The position numbers were made by a program, and so were the translations under genes. Positions 38,578-48,327 of a stretch of 64,000 nucleotides of DNA are shown in pieces. Location of the stretch: positions 1 to 64,000 of the IMG/VR virus record IMGVR_UViG_3300025030_000076. The stretch is one strand, 5' to 3'. The stretch is from a virus. Every line of letters starts with the position of its first letter. The first letter of the stretch is position 1. The notes beneath the pieces were generated by a model, which worked only from the letters and a program-made list of their open reading frames with translations, was not told the DNA's origin and made no database searches.

Positions 38578-39312
38578 TCATTTTTCCAATCTGGCTGTAA
38601 GCCGTTTCATTTGCTTGCTGAGTTCTGCACTCTCGCCGGTATCAAGCGCTGCGCGCTGGTCATCTTCCAGCAGGTGTTGAGACTGTTCAATAAACTGTGA
38701 TACTCGCGGCGTCATCGCCATCTTCATGCGCTCGCGGGCGACTACTTCGCGGTATGCTTCAATAAAGCGCGCTCGGTCTGCTACGGGGTTGTCGGTCAGA
38801 ATGATGTCACGCCCCCCCAGCAGACGCACAGTTTCAGCGACGGCATTATGCCCGTAAATTTCCTGAAAGCCACCAGGACGACAGGACGTACATTCGTCAT
38901 CATGCTTGCGTGATTCCTTGACCACCTTCCAGTATTCTTCATTCGCCTTATCCCCGGTTGATCGTGACCTCCAGCCCTCGGCACAAAATACAGGCTCCAC
39001 ATATTGCCGCGCCGTGAGCACCATTCCCCATGCCTCCGCAGGCGTCGGGATTCCAAGAGCCAGCATTTGCAGTTCCATCGCCTTATCGCGGATTGCGCCA
39101 GGAGTGGGGAAGAAGGGGTTGCCCTCGCTCAAGTATTGGATGGTCGCCGTCTTTATAGTTTCAGCAGGTAGATCACCCAGCACCGCCAGGAACAGGCGTA
39201 CCGTTTCGTCAAGTCCGATCTTGTCTGTAATAGGGGAGTTTGGGAGACGCTTGATTAAGTTTACGACTTCTGTTATCTCAAAATGCGTTGCCATATCCAT
39301 GTTCCTCTGCAT
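38578..39312 (-). CDS. Putative helicase loader/inhibitor-like replication protein
   Basis: Follows initiator; FFPTPGAIR, AEAWG, DRARFIEAY motifs. Confidence 0.6.
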   Translation of the reverse strand: MQRNMDMATHFEITEVVNLIKRLPNSPITDKIGLDETVRLFLAVLGDLPAETIKTATIQYLSEGNPFFPTPGAIRDKAMELQMLALGIPTPAEAWGMVLTARQYVEPVFCAEGWRSRSTGDKANEEYWKVVKESRKHDDECTSCRPGGFQEIYGHNAVAETVRLLGGRDIILTDNPVADRARFIEAYREVVARERMKMAMTPRVSQFIEQSQHLLEDDQRAALDTGESAELSKQMKRLTARLEK

Positions 39313-40045
39313 ATTCGCGCATGATTTCGGTGAGGTCAGGCTTGCTGGATTTCCATTTACCGTTTTTATTCATCGCTTCTTGGTTGCCTTGCGCCTTCCA
39401 GCGTTTCAAAATCGCCTCGATGTACTTCCAGTTCCGGACGTTGTTTTTCACGGCTTCTGTAATGGCATCACAGACCCATTTGGGGCCGTAAGTCTTTTCA
39501 GCATCTTCCAAGAAGTCAGCAGATACTTTAGTCAATACACCAATCTCGCGTTGGTAAACTTTGAAAATGTCTTGAGTTACGTCCTCCTCCTCAATCTTTG
39601 AAGTAGTCTCTGCTGTAGTCTCTGTTAAGGAAAGTTCGGATTCGGACGTTCCATCGTCCGTTTTCGCACTTTCCGTTCGTTCGTTTTCAGACGAACGGAG
39701 CCAGCTAATCCACTCGTTTTCTAGAGTTTCCCAAAGGATTAGGTAATGAGTGGTTGGTGCGCCGTTGAATTTCTTTATTTGTGTTTCAGCCACACCCATC
39801 AATACAAGTGTCTCGGTTGCTTTTCGATGCCCGTATCTGGTAAGACAAAGTTCCTTTTTCCAGTCCTTATCTGACTTTGCTATCCACCCGCCCATTGTTG
39901 ATCTTGATGTCCAGTAGAGCAATTGAGATAGCATCATTGCCGCCTCAAGTGATCCTGTGAACTCGACAAACGGGCGGTGAACCGTAATAACATTATCTTG
40001 CCCTGTCATCGAAATAAGGGTTTGAAGTAGTGGGTTCTTGCTCAT
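39278..40045 (-). CDS. Replication initiator with C-terminal DnaD/DnaB_2 domain
   Basis: LSQLLYW wHTH, ETTAETT linker, AITEAV..NWKYIEAILKRW. Confidence 0.88.
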   Translation of the reverse strand: MSKNPLLQTLISMTGQDNVITVHRPFVEFTGSLEAAMMLSQLLYWTSRSTMGGWIAKSDKDWKKELCLTRYGHRKATETLVLMGVAETQIKKFNGAPTTHYLILWETLENEWISWLRSSENERTESAKTDDGTSESELSLTETTAETTSKIEEEDVTQDIFKVYQREIGVLTKVSADFLEDAEKTYGPKWVCDAITEAVKNNVRNWKYIEAILKRWKAQGNQEAMNKNGKWKSSKPDLTEIMREYAEEHGYGNAF

Positions 40046-40950
40046 GTGCTCTCCTGTTCCAGCGCGGCGGCGAGTTCCACGATCTTCGTGATCGGCTGTT
40101 TGCAAACGATACAGATGTACCCGCCGTGGCCATCACGGTCTACGCCGTGCCTGTTCCGCCAGCCGTGCTCCATGCACCAGAAGGCGCGGGGCGGGCTGAT
40201 GCGAATGCTCTCCATTCGCGTTTTGAGTGTTTGGTCGATATATGCCAACATTGGTCAATCCTTTCTCATGTAGCAAGTCACGCCCACTCGACTAAGCCAA
40301 ACGCCTGTTTTCAAGAGACTGCAAGACCCGCTTGCTCGGTGACCTATGCTCCCCTTGCCGCTCGCTAGAATTACGTTGTCGTCGGTAGCGATAAGAGACA
40401 ACTCACACGGCAGGGGTGGTAGCGGGCTGGTAGGGGCTTGTTTGTCTCTGGATGTTCTGCAACTTCGGCATACTTATCGAGAATTGCTAACGGCTATACA
40501 GCCCAAGCACCCTTTCGACCAGCCCGTAATACCTTATGTTTTGCCCCGCCGCTCCGGGGCTGTTGCTGGTGGAACCGCCAGCAGGGTTATGTAGTGGTTC
40601 ATACTGGTCGGTGGGGGCGGCGGCCAGCCGGCGGTTGCAATCATCTGTGTAATCTAATCAGATTAGATTTGCCAGCATGCCGCCGGTCACGCTTGTGGCT
40701 AAAGTCCGGGGTCTGCGTCGGAGAAGTCGTCAAACTCTTGGGTGTAGATAGAATATTGCTGCCCAGTTCCCAAGGGATGAACAAGATCGCCATACTCTTC
40801 TTCGGTGATCTCTATCCATAAATTACCAAATGGCGGATCGTCAAAATCCCTTGCTGTTACTTTTCCTGTATCAATATTCATCCAATACATGTCATCCTTC
40901 TTTCATGTTCGCGCCGGTGGTACGCGGAGTGGCTTAGGTAGTGCGAAGGC

Positions 40951-41154
40951 TCACGGCGTGTTGCCCGCTTCACCGCCATACTCGGCTTGAAGTTTCGCCT
41001 GGGCTTCTTTCAAAAGCGCGATTGCTTCATCAACAGTTTTCGCGCCTGTGATAGTTGCTTCATAGTTGAAACCCTTTGTATTCTTTTCAACTTTTACATT
41101 GATACGTGCGCCGTCATTATCTGAGTGGTGATAAATATGTTGTTCTTCCATCAT
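40951..41154 (-). CDS. Hypothetical protein
   Basis: RBS, operon position. Confidence 0.55.
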   Translation of the reverse strand: MMEEQHIYHHSDNDGARINVKVEKNTKGFNYEATITGAKTVDEAIALLKEAQAKLQAEYGGEAGNTP

Positions 41155-41220
41155 GTCCTTCTTTCATGTTTGCCCACCCCAGCGCGGCGAGCCAAGAAAC
41201 CGCGCTGGGGGATGATAGGG

Positions 41221-42333
41221 TTATAAAAGTTTTGGGCTTTCCGGTTCTGCGCTCACGGCTTCCATCTGGAAATCATGGGCAAGCACAATCCTGGCGGCTT
41301 CGACTTTCTCGTTCAGGATGGATTTTTCAATCACATAATCGAGTTGCTCTTTGGTCAACTCGCCCATAAACTTCTCTTTGCCGCCTTTGACTTTGACGAC
41401 AACCTGCTTCGCTTCGTCGTAGGTCATGGGGTGCAAGTCGGTTTCGGGTGGAAAATCTTTATCCAAATCGCCAGTGATGTCCTCCGGCTCTGCCTGTGCA
41501 GACAGGTCTTGCGTCACCGGAATATCCTCTGCCTCCACGTCAATCGGCTCATCTGCCCTCAATGCTTCCCTGAGTTGCGGAGAGTGTTCGATGCCGCTCT
41601 TATCCGCCCAATTCAAAAGCGCACGCAGGACGGTTTTCATTTCCATCGTGGGGCGCTTCTTTGGGTCTTTCCAGTTTGGGTTTTTTATCTTCCCGTCGTC
41701 GTCTAAATAGTCTTTGACATAGTTCATGGCGTGTTCTTCGATCTCGACGCAGGACATATAGACGGACTTCTCAAACCCCTTCGTGGTCTTGTAGTAGCCA
41801 AGCCAGCCTATTACTTTCTTGCCCTGGTCGCGTCGCACAGTGACATTGCGGGAATATGCGGCGTTATAGGATTGCGGCTGACCCATAAATCCATTTTCCT
41901 CCTGTACCGCGTGCAGTCCGGTCAATGGGTTTTCAAACACCTGCTGGCCTTCATAGATCGGCGCAACGTTGATGATCCAGTACTTGTTCGTTCGCATAGC
42001 GAGGAAGTAAACCCCAAAATAATGAGGCTGAAATTGCGCTTCCTTGATCCACTTCGGGGTCTGCCCTTTCGGGGCAATGTTTCGATTGCGAGGGATAAGC
42101 CATGCCTGTTTTACGGCGGGGTCACAGGATAAACCGAGAGACGCGGCGCGCAAGGCGGCTCTATGAATGCTCTGCGGCGTGCATTGCATCAAGTCCTCTG
42201 TGGAGGACGCGGCAATGATTACGCTTTGCACATAAGGCGCGGCATCTTTTCCAAGCAGGTTGACAAAATCCTGGAAGTTGTCAGGCTGGCGGAGGTATTC
42301 GGTAACTGGATTTTTTACGATTGCATTTTGCAT
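41221..42333 (-). CDS. recT: RecT-family ssDNA annealing protein
   Basis: CTPQSI..AASLGLS..AWLIP..AQFQ..W..MEMKTVLR. Confidence 0.85.
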   Translation of the reverse strand: MQNAIVKNPVTEYLRQPDNFQDFVNLLGKDAAPYVQSVIIAASSTEDLMQCTPQSIHRAALRAASLGLSCDPAVKQAWLIPRNRNIAPKGQTPKWIKEAQFQPHYFGVYFLAMRTNKYWIINVAPIYEGQQVFENPLTGLHAVQEENGFMGQPQSYNAAYSRNVTVRRDQGKKVIGWLGYYKTTKGFEKSVYMSCVEIEEHAMNYVKDYLDDDGKIKNPNWKDPKKRPTMEMKTVLRALLNWADKSGIEHSPQLREALRADEPIDVEAEDIPVTQDLSAQAEPEDITGDLDKDFPPETDLHPMTYDEAKQVVVKVKGGKEKFMGELTKEQLDYVIEKSILNEKVEAARIVLAHDFQMEAVSAEPESPKLL

Positions 42334-43068
42334 GATGTTTATTCCTTTCTTTCTGTGATTAGGGTTCAATTTCAGGCACACTTGCGAACCACTCCGCCGA
42401 TCCAAAGACGGGAGGCGGTTGCGGCGCTCGTGCGGCGGCTCGCTCGGCTCGCTCCCGACTCAATGTGCGGGATAGGTGCGCCCATTCGCTCAGGTTCTCG
42501 TCGCAGTCGTCCGCTTCAAATGCGGCATGTGCGTAGAGTTCCAGGAATATCAACTCGAAATAATCGTTGTCGGTCATGATCGCACCGCTTTCAGCAATCG
42601 GCGCATTCCCTCTGTGTCGTTTGCCAGGATAGCGTCAAAAAACGGGAGGCGTTTTTCAAGTTTGGCACGCTGGGGGTCTGCGTAAATGTGCGCCTTGATC
42701 TGCTCGCGCTCCATCTCGAAGCGGGCGAGTGTCGCCTGATGAGTGGCAGCTTCTTTGGCCTGCCCCGCCTTGAGATAAACAGTTATCCAGCCGCGGAGCG
42801 TCTTGATCTCTCTGTCGAGAATGTCAAGCTGCTCCTGCGGCGTGATCTCGCGTACAGGAACCTGCGCGAGGGAGATACGTTCGATTGTTTTGGATTTGTA
42901 GGGATGATACATTCTTGCCTTTCCGCCCTTTCCCATTTTCCACGAGTTGTGGTAAGATGGAGAAGAGCCTAATCCCGGAGAAGGATGATTGCTCAGTTGC
43001 CTGCCCGTCATTCACGTGACGGGCTTTTTCTATTCTATCACCAACATGACGCTGGCGATGTGTTTTGG

Positions 43069-43284
43069 TTACGCTTCCCCTTCCGCCTCCTTATCTGATG
43101 GATAGTATATATTCATCCATAAATTAATTGTTTGGTGGCTAACCCCGATGATCGCCGCGGCCCGTCTCAGCGAGTAACCTTTCTTTAGCAGGCTGCGCGC
43201 CCGCTTTGCATATTCGCGGCGGGTCTGTTCATATTCATTTCCCAGCACGCGGCGGGAGTGGGGGGTGGGGTATTTTTTTTCCAT
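43069..43284 (-). CDS. HTH regulator (Cro-like)
   Basis: GYSLRRAAAIIGVSHQTINLW. Confidence 0.8.
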   Translation of the reverse strand: MEKKYPTPHSRRVLGNEYEQTRREYAKRARSLLKKGYSLRRAAAIIGVSHQTINLWMNIYYPSDKEAEGEA

Positions 43285-43290
43285 GTCCTG

Positions 43291-43403
43291 ATATTACTAC
43301 GCCTTGATTGTGTTGTCAAGTAAATTTACTGTCATTTTTGTAACTTCTTTATAAACCAGTTTAGTAAACGCCCTTGACAAATTCAATGTTCCTGCTTTAT
43401 AAT
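43291..43403. promoter_or_regulatory. Divergent sigma70 promoters
   Basis: Minus: TTGACA (43319-43314)-17-TAATAT; plus: TTGACA (43374)-18-TATAAT (43398). Confidence 0.8.
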
Positions 43404-43428
43404 CCTGGTATAGAAAAGGAAAACGCAC

Positions 43429-43695
43429 ATGAACAAATTCGAAGAATTGCATGGTAGTCAAACACAAACTATCGCGGCGCTGGAAGCGGAGAATGCGAAA
43501 CTGAGGGAGTTTGTCAGTAAATTTTCTGACAACTTCAGCGATTGTGATTACTGTAATGGCAAAGGCGTTTTTTCGGATGATATGATTGAGTGCCGCGTCT
43601 GTAACGGGACCGGAAAACACATAACCTCAATTGGTGTGATGTTCGTGGAATTACCTGAAGAAGCCCGCGCCCTTCTCGCCCAGGAGCCAGCATGA
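43429..43695 (+). CDS. Coiled-coil + CxxCxGxG Zn-finger protein
   Basis: CDYCNGKG...CRVCNGTG. Confidence 0.7.
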   Translation: MNKFEELHGSQTQTIAALEAENAKLREFVSKFSDNFSDCDYCNGKGVFSDDMIECRVCNGTGKHITSIGVMFVELPEEARALLAQEPA

Positions 43696-43833
43696 CCCGC
43701 CTCACCTTCGACCCTCCCTCCGAATCCCCGGACGGCGATCCCGTCTGCCGGATATGCGATCACGAGATGGAGTACAACCCACTCACCCGCGAGTGGGAAT
43801 GCGTCCAGGATCACGACGCGCTGGAAAACGAAG

Positions 43834-44028
43834 ATGAAATACCGACCTGATCTCACGGACTACCTGCCTTGCATCGAAGCACTTGCAGATAAATTGAATG
43901 AGGATGCGATCTACAAAATGAGCAGGACTGATGCGGTAAAAATCGCCCTGGAAAAGGCACTTGAGAAAGTCGTGCCTGATGTTGTAATAAACAAAAAGCG
44001 GAAAAGGTACATCAAGCTGGATTTTTGA
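43834..44028 (+). CDS. Small ribbon-helix-helix-like protein
   Basis: MSRTDAVKIALE. Confidence 0.5.
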   Translation: MKYRPDLTDYLPCIEALADKLNEDAIYKMSRTDAVKIALEKALEKVVPDVVINKKRKRYIKLDF

Positions 44029-44114
44029 AAATGAGTGCGACGATGTACACTCCGCTCATACCCTAGTTAGACCCCTGTCTTGCTGGCAGGGTATCACCCA
44101 AAAGGAGAAAAAAC

Positions 44115-44402
44115 ATGAGCGCAGCAAGTGATTTGATTGAACGAATGGAACGCGAAACAGGTCTGCGGATTGATTCTGATGACCCAAACAATATGGCAAT
44201 GGCTGGTTTATTCGGCGCAGTTGCCCGCATGATGGGCAAGTCAAGCCACGATGAGCGCGATGATGTTGTGGCTGGTCTCTTGGTCATGCACCAAATGACC
44301 CCAGAGTATCGCAATGAACAAGAGAGTAAACAAATGATTGCTTCTCTTTTGTCCAGTGGTCTCTCCCCTGATGATATTCGCAATATGTGGGGCGGGGTCT
44401 AA
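44115..44402 (+). CDS. Cassette 1 hypothetical protein
   Basis: AAGGAG RBS; stop TAA lies in the R'' box, the canonical cassette layout. Confidence 0.75.
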   Translation: MSAASDLIERMERETGLRIDSDDPNNMAMAGLFGAVARMMGKSSHDERDDVVAGLLVMHQMTPEYRNEQESKQMIASLLSSGLSPDDIRNMWGGV

Positions 44403-44487
44403 CAAACGCTTGCAGTGGACTTGGCGGTACGGTGTGTCTTTTTGCGAAGGTTACGAACCGCCAAGCCACTAAAGCGAACCGTTCGGC
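44397..44487 (+). repeat. attC site 1
   Basis: GTCTAAC..cttgcagtggacttggcgg..ccgccaagccactaaag..GTTCGGC. Confidence 0.85.
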
Positions 44488-44627
44488 GGCTACCTTGCCA
44501 GCCGAGAAGTGAGAAATAAATGGGTATTTATGAATGTAGTTGTTTGCCAGCAAATCTAAGCCCAAGCGGTGAATTTGAGTTGTGCGAAGTTTGCCGCCTG
44601 GAAGAAGAAAACGAAGATGATAACGCC

Positions 44628-44755
44628 GCCGAACAAAGCCTGCACCTGACGCTTGGGAGTCTGCGCCTAAAAAAGCAGTTTCCAAGCCGAAAGTTTTATC
44701 CACATCTCAAACCTTATCCAAGCCCACCAAGCGCAGGTAAAGCACACCGTTAGGT
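44628..44755 (+). repeat. attC site 2
   Basis: GCCGAAC..cctgcacctgacgcttgg..ccaagcgcaggtaaag..GTTAGGT. Confidence 0.85.
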
Positions 44756-44760
44756 GGCTT

Positions 44761-45387
44761 ATGGCTAAATTTGATACGAAGTTTGCACACGCAAGAGAAG
44801 ATTGGGAAACTCCCGATAGTATCTTCAAACCGTTGGAGGCTGAATTTGACATCGTGATTGATGTTTGTGCTTCCGAGCATAACAAGAAGTGTTCACTAAG
44901 ATATACCATTGAGGAGAATGGTCTTTTGCAAGATTGGTCACAGTGGCATGCGTGTTGGATGAACCCGCCATTTGGTCGGCAATCTGTGTGGGTCAAAAAG
45001 GCTTACACGGAAAGCCTGCGAGGAGCAACGGTTGTCTGTCTACTTCCTGCCCGCACTAATACTAATTGGTGGCACGACTTTTGCATGAAAGGCACGGTTC
45101 GCTTTTTGCGTGGTCGTCCCATCTTTGTCGGAGCCAAACATGGTTTACCCCAGCCGTTGGCTGCTGTGATGTTGAGCGCCAGTGTGCTCGCGGCCGCATT
45201 GGTCAGGGTCAGAATGTTTGTGGCGGGTGGGATGATTGCCGCCGCCGTGATGTGCATTGTCATATTCCAGCCACCTAACACATGCGTGCAGTCGGACGGG
45301 GCTTACTGTGCGTGCAAAGAAGGGTTATCCTTCACGGTGGCGAATGGCACAAATTATTGTCTTGCGTGCGGTCAGCCCCGCCGCTAA
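44761..45387 (+). CDS. Phage DNA N6-adenine methyltransferase (Dam family) in cassette 3
   Basis: DWETP, DVCAS, WMNPPF, LLPARTNT.WW, FLRGR. Confidence 0.88.
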   Translation: MAKFDTKFAHAREDWETPDSIFKPLEAEFDIVIDVCASEHNKKCSLRYTIEENGLLQDWSQWHACWMNPPFGRQSVWVKKAYTESLRGATVVCLLPARTNTNWWHDFCMKGTVRFLRGRPIFVGAKHGLPQPLAAVMLSASVLAAALVRVRMFVAGGMIAAAVMCIVIFQPPNTCVQSDGAYCACKEGLSFTVANGTNYCLACGQPRR

Positions 45388-45402
45388 CGCAAGCCGTTAG
45401 CT
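45273..45402 (+). repeat. attC site 3
   Basis: ACCTAAC..gcgtgcagtcggacggggc..gccccgccgctaacgc..GTTAGCT. Confidence 0.85.
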
Positions 45403-45425
45403 GGCACTTTGCAAAGGATGTAATT

Positions 45426-45590
45426 ATGAGTATTGTCAGACCGCACGGAAGCAGTACCAAGATTTTTCGTGAACTACGTAAAACAAGATGTATTTTTTGT
45501 GGGTTCGGCGTGAAACTTGTTGTCAGGAAAACTGGCAACAAAGTCGAGAAAGTATGTCCGAAGTGTGGCAGGAAGTTTCAGAGGTCATGA
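45426..45590 (+). CDS. Cassette Zn-ribbon protein
   Basis: AAGGA RBS; CIFC..CPKC. Confidence 0.6.
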   Translation: MSIVRPHGSSTKIFRELRKTRCIFCGFGVKLVVRKTGNKVEKVCPKCGRKFQRS

Positions 45591-45594
45591 AGCG

Positions 45595-45684
45595 GGCTAA
45601 CAAATGCGTGCAGGCGACATGGGTGGGCGGCGGTCAAAATCGGACAGTCATAGCCACCCATGCGCCTAACGCAAGCCGTTCGGC
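45595..45684 (+). repeat. attC site 4
   Basis: GGCTAAC..gcgtgcaggcgacatgggtgg..ccacccatgcgcctaacgc..GTTCGGC. Confidence 0.88.
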
Positions 45685-45713
45685 GGCTACCTTATAGCCA
45701 GAAGGAGCAAACA

Positions 45714-45983
45714 GTGAAAATTTTAGGTGATACTATCGTGTGTAAGATCATGCACTCTCAATACTGTTTTTCGTGTGGTCGCCATTTGGCAACTGCCAAA
45801 ACAACCAAAGCCACCGAAAAGATTGTTTTGAAAAATGGCGGCTCGATCCGTAAAGATGGTTTTTATCGTGCGTACTGCGCGTCCCATGTGCCGCCCAACA
45901 CGGCGTGCAGCGGATTGGCGGATGAATTATTACCCGGTATTGCGTTGCCCGAATGGATTTTGAGAAATCCCGCCAACCGCTAA
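45714..45983 (+). CDS. Cassette hypothetical protein, reads through attC5
   Basis: AAGGAG RBS, GTG start, stop in the L' box. Confidence 0.6.
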   Translation: MKILGDTIVCKIMHSQYCFSCGRHLATAKTTKATEKIVLKNGGSIRKDGFYRAYCASHVPPNTACSGLADELLPGIALPEWILRNPANR

Positions 45984-45998
45984 CGCAAACCGTTAGCC
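45893..45998 (+). repeat. attC site 5
   Basis: GCCCAAC..gcgtgcagcggattggcgg..ccgccaaccgctaacgc..GTTAGCC. Confidence 0.88.
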
Positions 45999-46140
45999 CG
46001 CTCTTTCGGGCAAGGAAAATCAATGAACAAGAAACGAGAACTAATATTTATCACAGTATGGCTGGCTGGAGTCATAGGTTTGGTTTTGGTTGTATTACAG
46101 CTTCGCCAAATTTGTCCGTGTTGGTGGCTACCATGAAGCG

Positions 46141-46265
46141 GTCTAACAATGCGTGCAGTTGACGGCGGGAAGGCTCCCGGCTGTACATGCAACGCCTACC
46201 AATTAGAGAACTTCGGTTGTAAATGTGGTGCGGCAACCCGCCGCAACTAACGCAAACCGTTGGTG
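46141..46265 (+). repeat. attC site 6
   Basis: GTCTAAC..gcgtgcagttgacggcggg..cccgccgcaactaacgc..GTTGGTG. Confidence 0.82.
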
Positions 46266-46290
46266 CGGACTTAGTTAGGAAAGGTAAAAT

Positions 46291-46524
46291 ATGTATCTAA
46301 AACTCATGAATGATTACGAGGAAGAATTGAGACTAGCAGGAAGAAAAATTAAGGTAAACGATCATTTTGCAAGGTTTGATTTTGCAAGTTGGCTAGATAG
46401 ACAAGCCGCCCAACAACCGCTTGCACAGCCGACTGGTTGCTGGGCGTGTGGCGATAAAGGTATCATCCGCGCCGATGGTATCGCTATCAACTGTTCGGTT
46501 TGCAATCCCGCAACCAGCCGCTAA
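46291..46524 (+). CDS. Cassette protein with C-terminal Zn-finger encoded inside attC7
   Basis: CWAC..CSVC within the attC loop. Confidence 0.65.
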   Translation: MYLKLMNDYEEELRLAGRKIKVNDHFARFDFASWLDRQAAQQPLAQPTGCWACGDKGIIRADGIAINCSVCNPATSR

Positions 46525-46538
46525 CGCAAGCCTTGGGC
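46408..46538 (+). repeat. attC site 7 (degenerate R')
   Basis: GCCCAAC..ctggttgc..gcaaccag ccgctaacgc..CTTGGGC. Confidence 0.7.
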
Positions 46539-46673
46539 GGAAGCCCTGCAAGGTAAACGTGAAAGAAAGTTTTTGTGAATGCAATCACCCCCAAAGGTTT
46601 CATGGTACGCACTTGTCTGATGATACTTATGATGGTGCTTGCGTGCGTCAAACCTGCAAATGCCGTAAATTCC

Positions 46674-46790
46674 GCCCAACAAAGCGTGGGCTTTGGGCGT
46701 GGGCTAATTATCGTATTGGTGAATTTGTGTGGTCTTGCCGAGCGTGGTTGGATGTATAAATCGCCAGCCAGTAATGCAAGACCATTGGAC
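46674..46790 (+). repeat. attC site 8 (decayed)
   Basis: GCCCAACaaagcgtg..gtaatgcaagaccATTGGAC. Confidence 0.45.
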
Positions 46791-46811
46791 AGTGCGCTGT
46801 AAGGAGTAGAA

Positions 46812-47075
46812 ATGAACGTTGATTTAGAAAAAGAGATCGACACTGTTGCGGAATTCTGCTGTGACAATCCTAACTATAATGAGTTGCGCGAAGAAATTGC
46901 AACTCTTGTCCGTAAATATCATCAAATTGCTGGAGACTTGGCGTTGGAGGTTTGGAGATTGAGCCGCCCAACTACGGGTGCAGTTGACTCGGCGGAGATT
47001 CCCGAAGTTTTCAACCTGCAACCAAAAGTGATTGCAAAAGGTCGTATTGTGTTCGATGACCCGCCGAGCAACTAA
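46812..47075 (+). CDS. Cassette hypothetical protein, reads through attC9
   Basis: AAGGAG RBS. Confidence 0.65.
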   Translation: MNVDLEKEIDTVAEFCCDNPNYNELREEIATLVRKYHQIAGDLALEVWRLSRPTTGAVDSAEIPEVFNLQPKVIAKGRIVFDDPPSN

Positions 47076-47084
47076 TCGTTAGCT
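46966..47084 (+). repeat. attC site 9
   Basis: GCCCAAC..gtgcagttgactcggcgg..ccgccgagcaactaa..GTTAGCT. Confidence 0.75.
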
Positions 47085-47108
47085 GGCTCTTCAAGAAAGA
47101 AGGTAATC

Positions 47109-47321
47109 ATGGAAAAATGTGATCGTTGTGGTAAAAAAGTAAAGGTGTATCCAACTCATTATTCGGCATGGAATGAACTTTGCCTGCCGTGTATCAAACT
47201 CATGGGGCTTGGTTTGCCTGAAATGCAACCAGCTAACAAAAGCGTGGAGCCGACTTGTCCAAACTGCGGCGAACCATTGCATTATCACCCTACCGCCGAC
47301 TGCAAAGTAGCCCGCTCTTGA
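47109..47321 (+). CDS. Cassette Zn-finger protein spanning decayed attC10 (47231-47313)
   Basis: CDRC, CLPC, CPNC. Confidence 0.6.
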   Translation: MEKCDRCGKKVKVYPTHYSAWNELCLPCIKLMGLGLPEMQPANKSVEPTCPNCGEPLHYHPTADCKVARS

Positions 47322-47332
47322 AAGGATAGGTT

Positions 47333-47545
47333 ATGAACTATACAAAAGCGAATCAGGCTCTTGCTAATGAGTTCGGCGCAGGTCAGGTCGAAGTCCATAA
47401 GGCAAAGAAGGGTGATCCGTGGGAATACACACTCTGGTTCTTGGATGATGATCCTGCGCCTGGCGTAATCGAGAAGGCTAAGAAAATCGTTGGTCGCTTC
47501 GAGCCGTCTCGGTGGTTCGATAAGTTGAAATTCCATTCCGAGTAG
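47333..47545 (+). CDS. Cassette hypothetical protein
   Basis: RBS; ends just before an R'' box. Confidence 0.65.
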   Translation: MNYTKANQALANEFGAGQVEVHKAKKGDPWEYTLWFLDDDPAPGVIEKAKKIVGRFEPSRWFDKLKFHSE

Positions 47546-47547
47546 CG

Positions 47548-47675
47548 GGCTAACACGGGCTTGCACAGGGACGGCTTGCCAGCCGAACATCGCGTGCAGT
47601 GGACTTTGGCTACTGTGTGGCAAATTTTTTGTGGCTCTATATCGCCGCCAAAGCCACTAACGCAAACCGTTGGGC
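47548..47675 (+). repeat. attC site 11 (truncated left half at 47548 plus full site from 47582)
   Basis: GGCTAAC.., then GCCGAAC..gcgtgcagtggactttggc..gccaaagccactaacgc..GTTGGGC. Confidence 0.8.
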
Positions 47676-47702
47676 GGACTAGCTCAACAGAAAGATTTTG
47701 AA

Positions 47703-47927
47703 ATGAATTGTCAATATTGCAAACATTCGATAGACGAGCATGATAGTGGGGGATGTCATCGTAAAATTGACGGCGGTATCTGCGATTGTAATCATTCCCC
47801 AAACTATATCGCCGCCCAACAAATGCGTGCAGGCGACTTGGCTACTGGTTGCCCGTTCTGCGGTGTCTCCGCCGAAGATATTGCATTGCTCAATGAATCG
47901 CTTGCGCGTGAAACGCCAAGCGTCTAA
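47703..47927 (+). CDS. Cassette Cys/His-rich protein, reads through attC12
   Basis: CQYCKH..CDC, CPFC. Confidence 0.6.
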   Translation: MNCQYCKHSIDEHDSGGCHRKIDGGICDCNHSPNYIAAQQMRAGDLATGCPFCGVSAEDIALLNESLARETPSV

Positions 47928-47943
47928 CCCAAGTCCGTTGGGC
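47814..47943 (+). repeat. attC site 12
   Basis: GCCCAAC..gcgtgcaggcgacttggc..gccaagcgtctaac..GTTGGGC. Confidence 0.82.
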
Positions 47944-48074
47944 GGACTACCCGACTTTGAAAGGAAAATAAAATGTCAGACGAGAAAAAACAAGTAGTAA
48001 TTCACAGGGATGGCTCTGTGACCGAGCAAAGAAGTAATGATCTTCCAATTGTTTTGCTGCCATCAAAGCAAACC

Positions 48075-48186
48075 GCCCAACACGGCGTGGAGCCGACTGT
48101 TTGTCCTAAGTGCGGTCACGCTGTTGGTGGTCATAATGCACTTTGTCCAATTGGTAATTAGTGGCGGCTCACGCGCCCCGTTGGGC
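48075..48186 (+). repeat. attC site 13 (overlapped by ORF 47973-48161)
   Basis: GCCCAAC..gcgtggagccgac..gcggctcacgc..GTTGGGC. Confidence 0.8.
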
Positions 48187-48327
48187 GGACGCTCCGCCAG
48201 GAAGTGAGGAAGCATGAAAATTTGTGATGCTTGCGGAAAAGCATGTTATAGTTTTGCAACTTACAAAATATGTAGGCATATTGTTTGTAGCCGTCACGAA
48301 TATCCAGAAAGTTGCCCTGTGTGCGCC

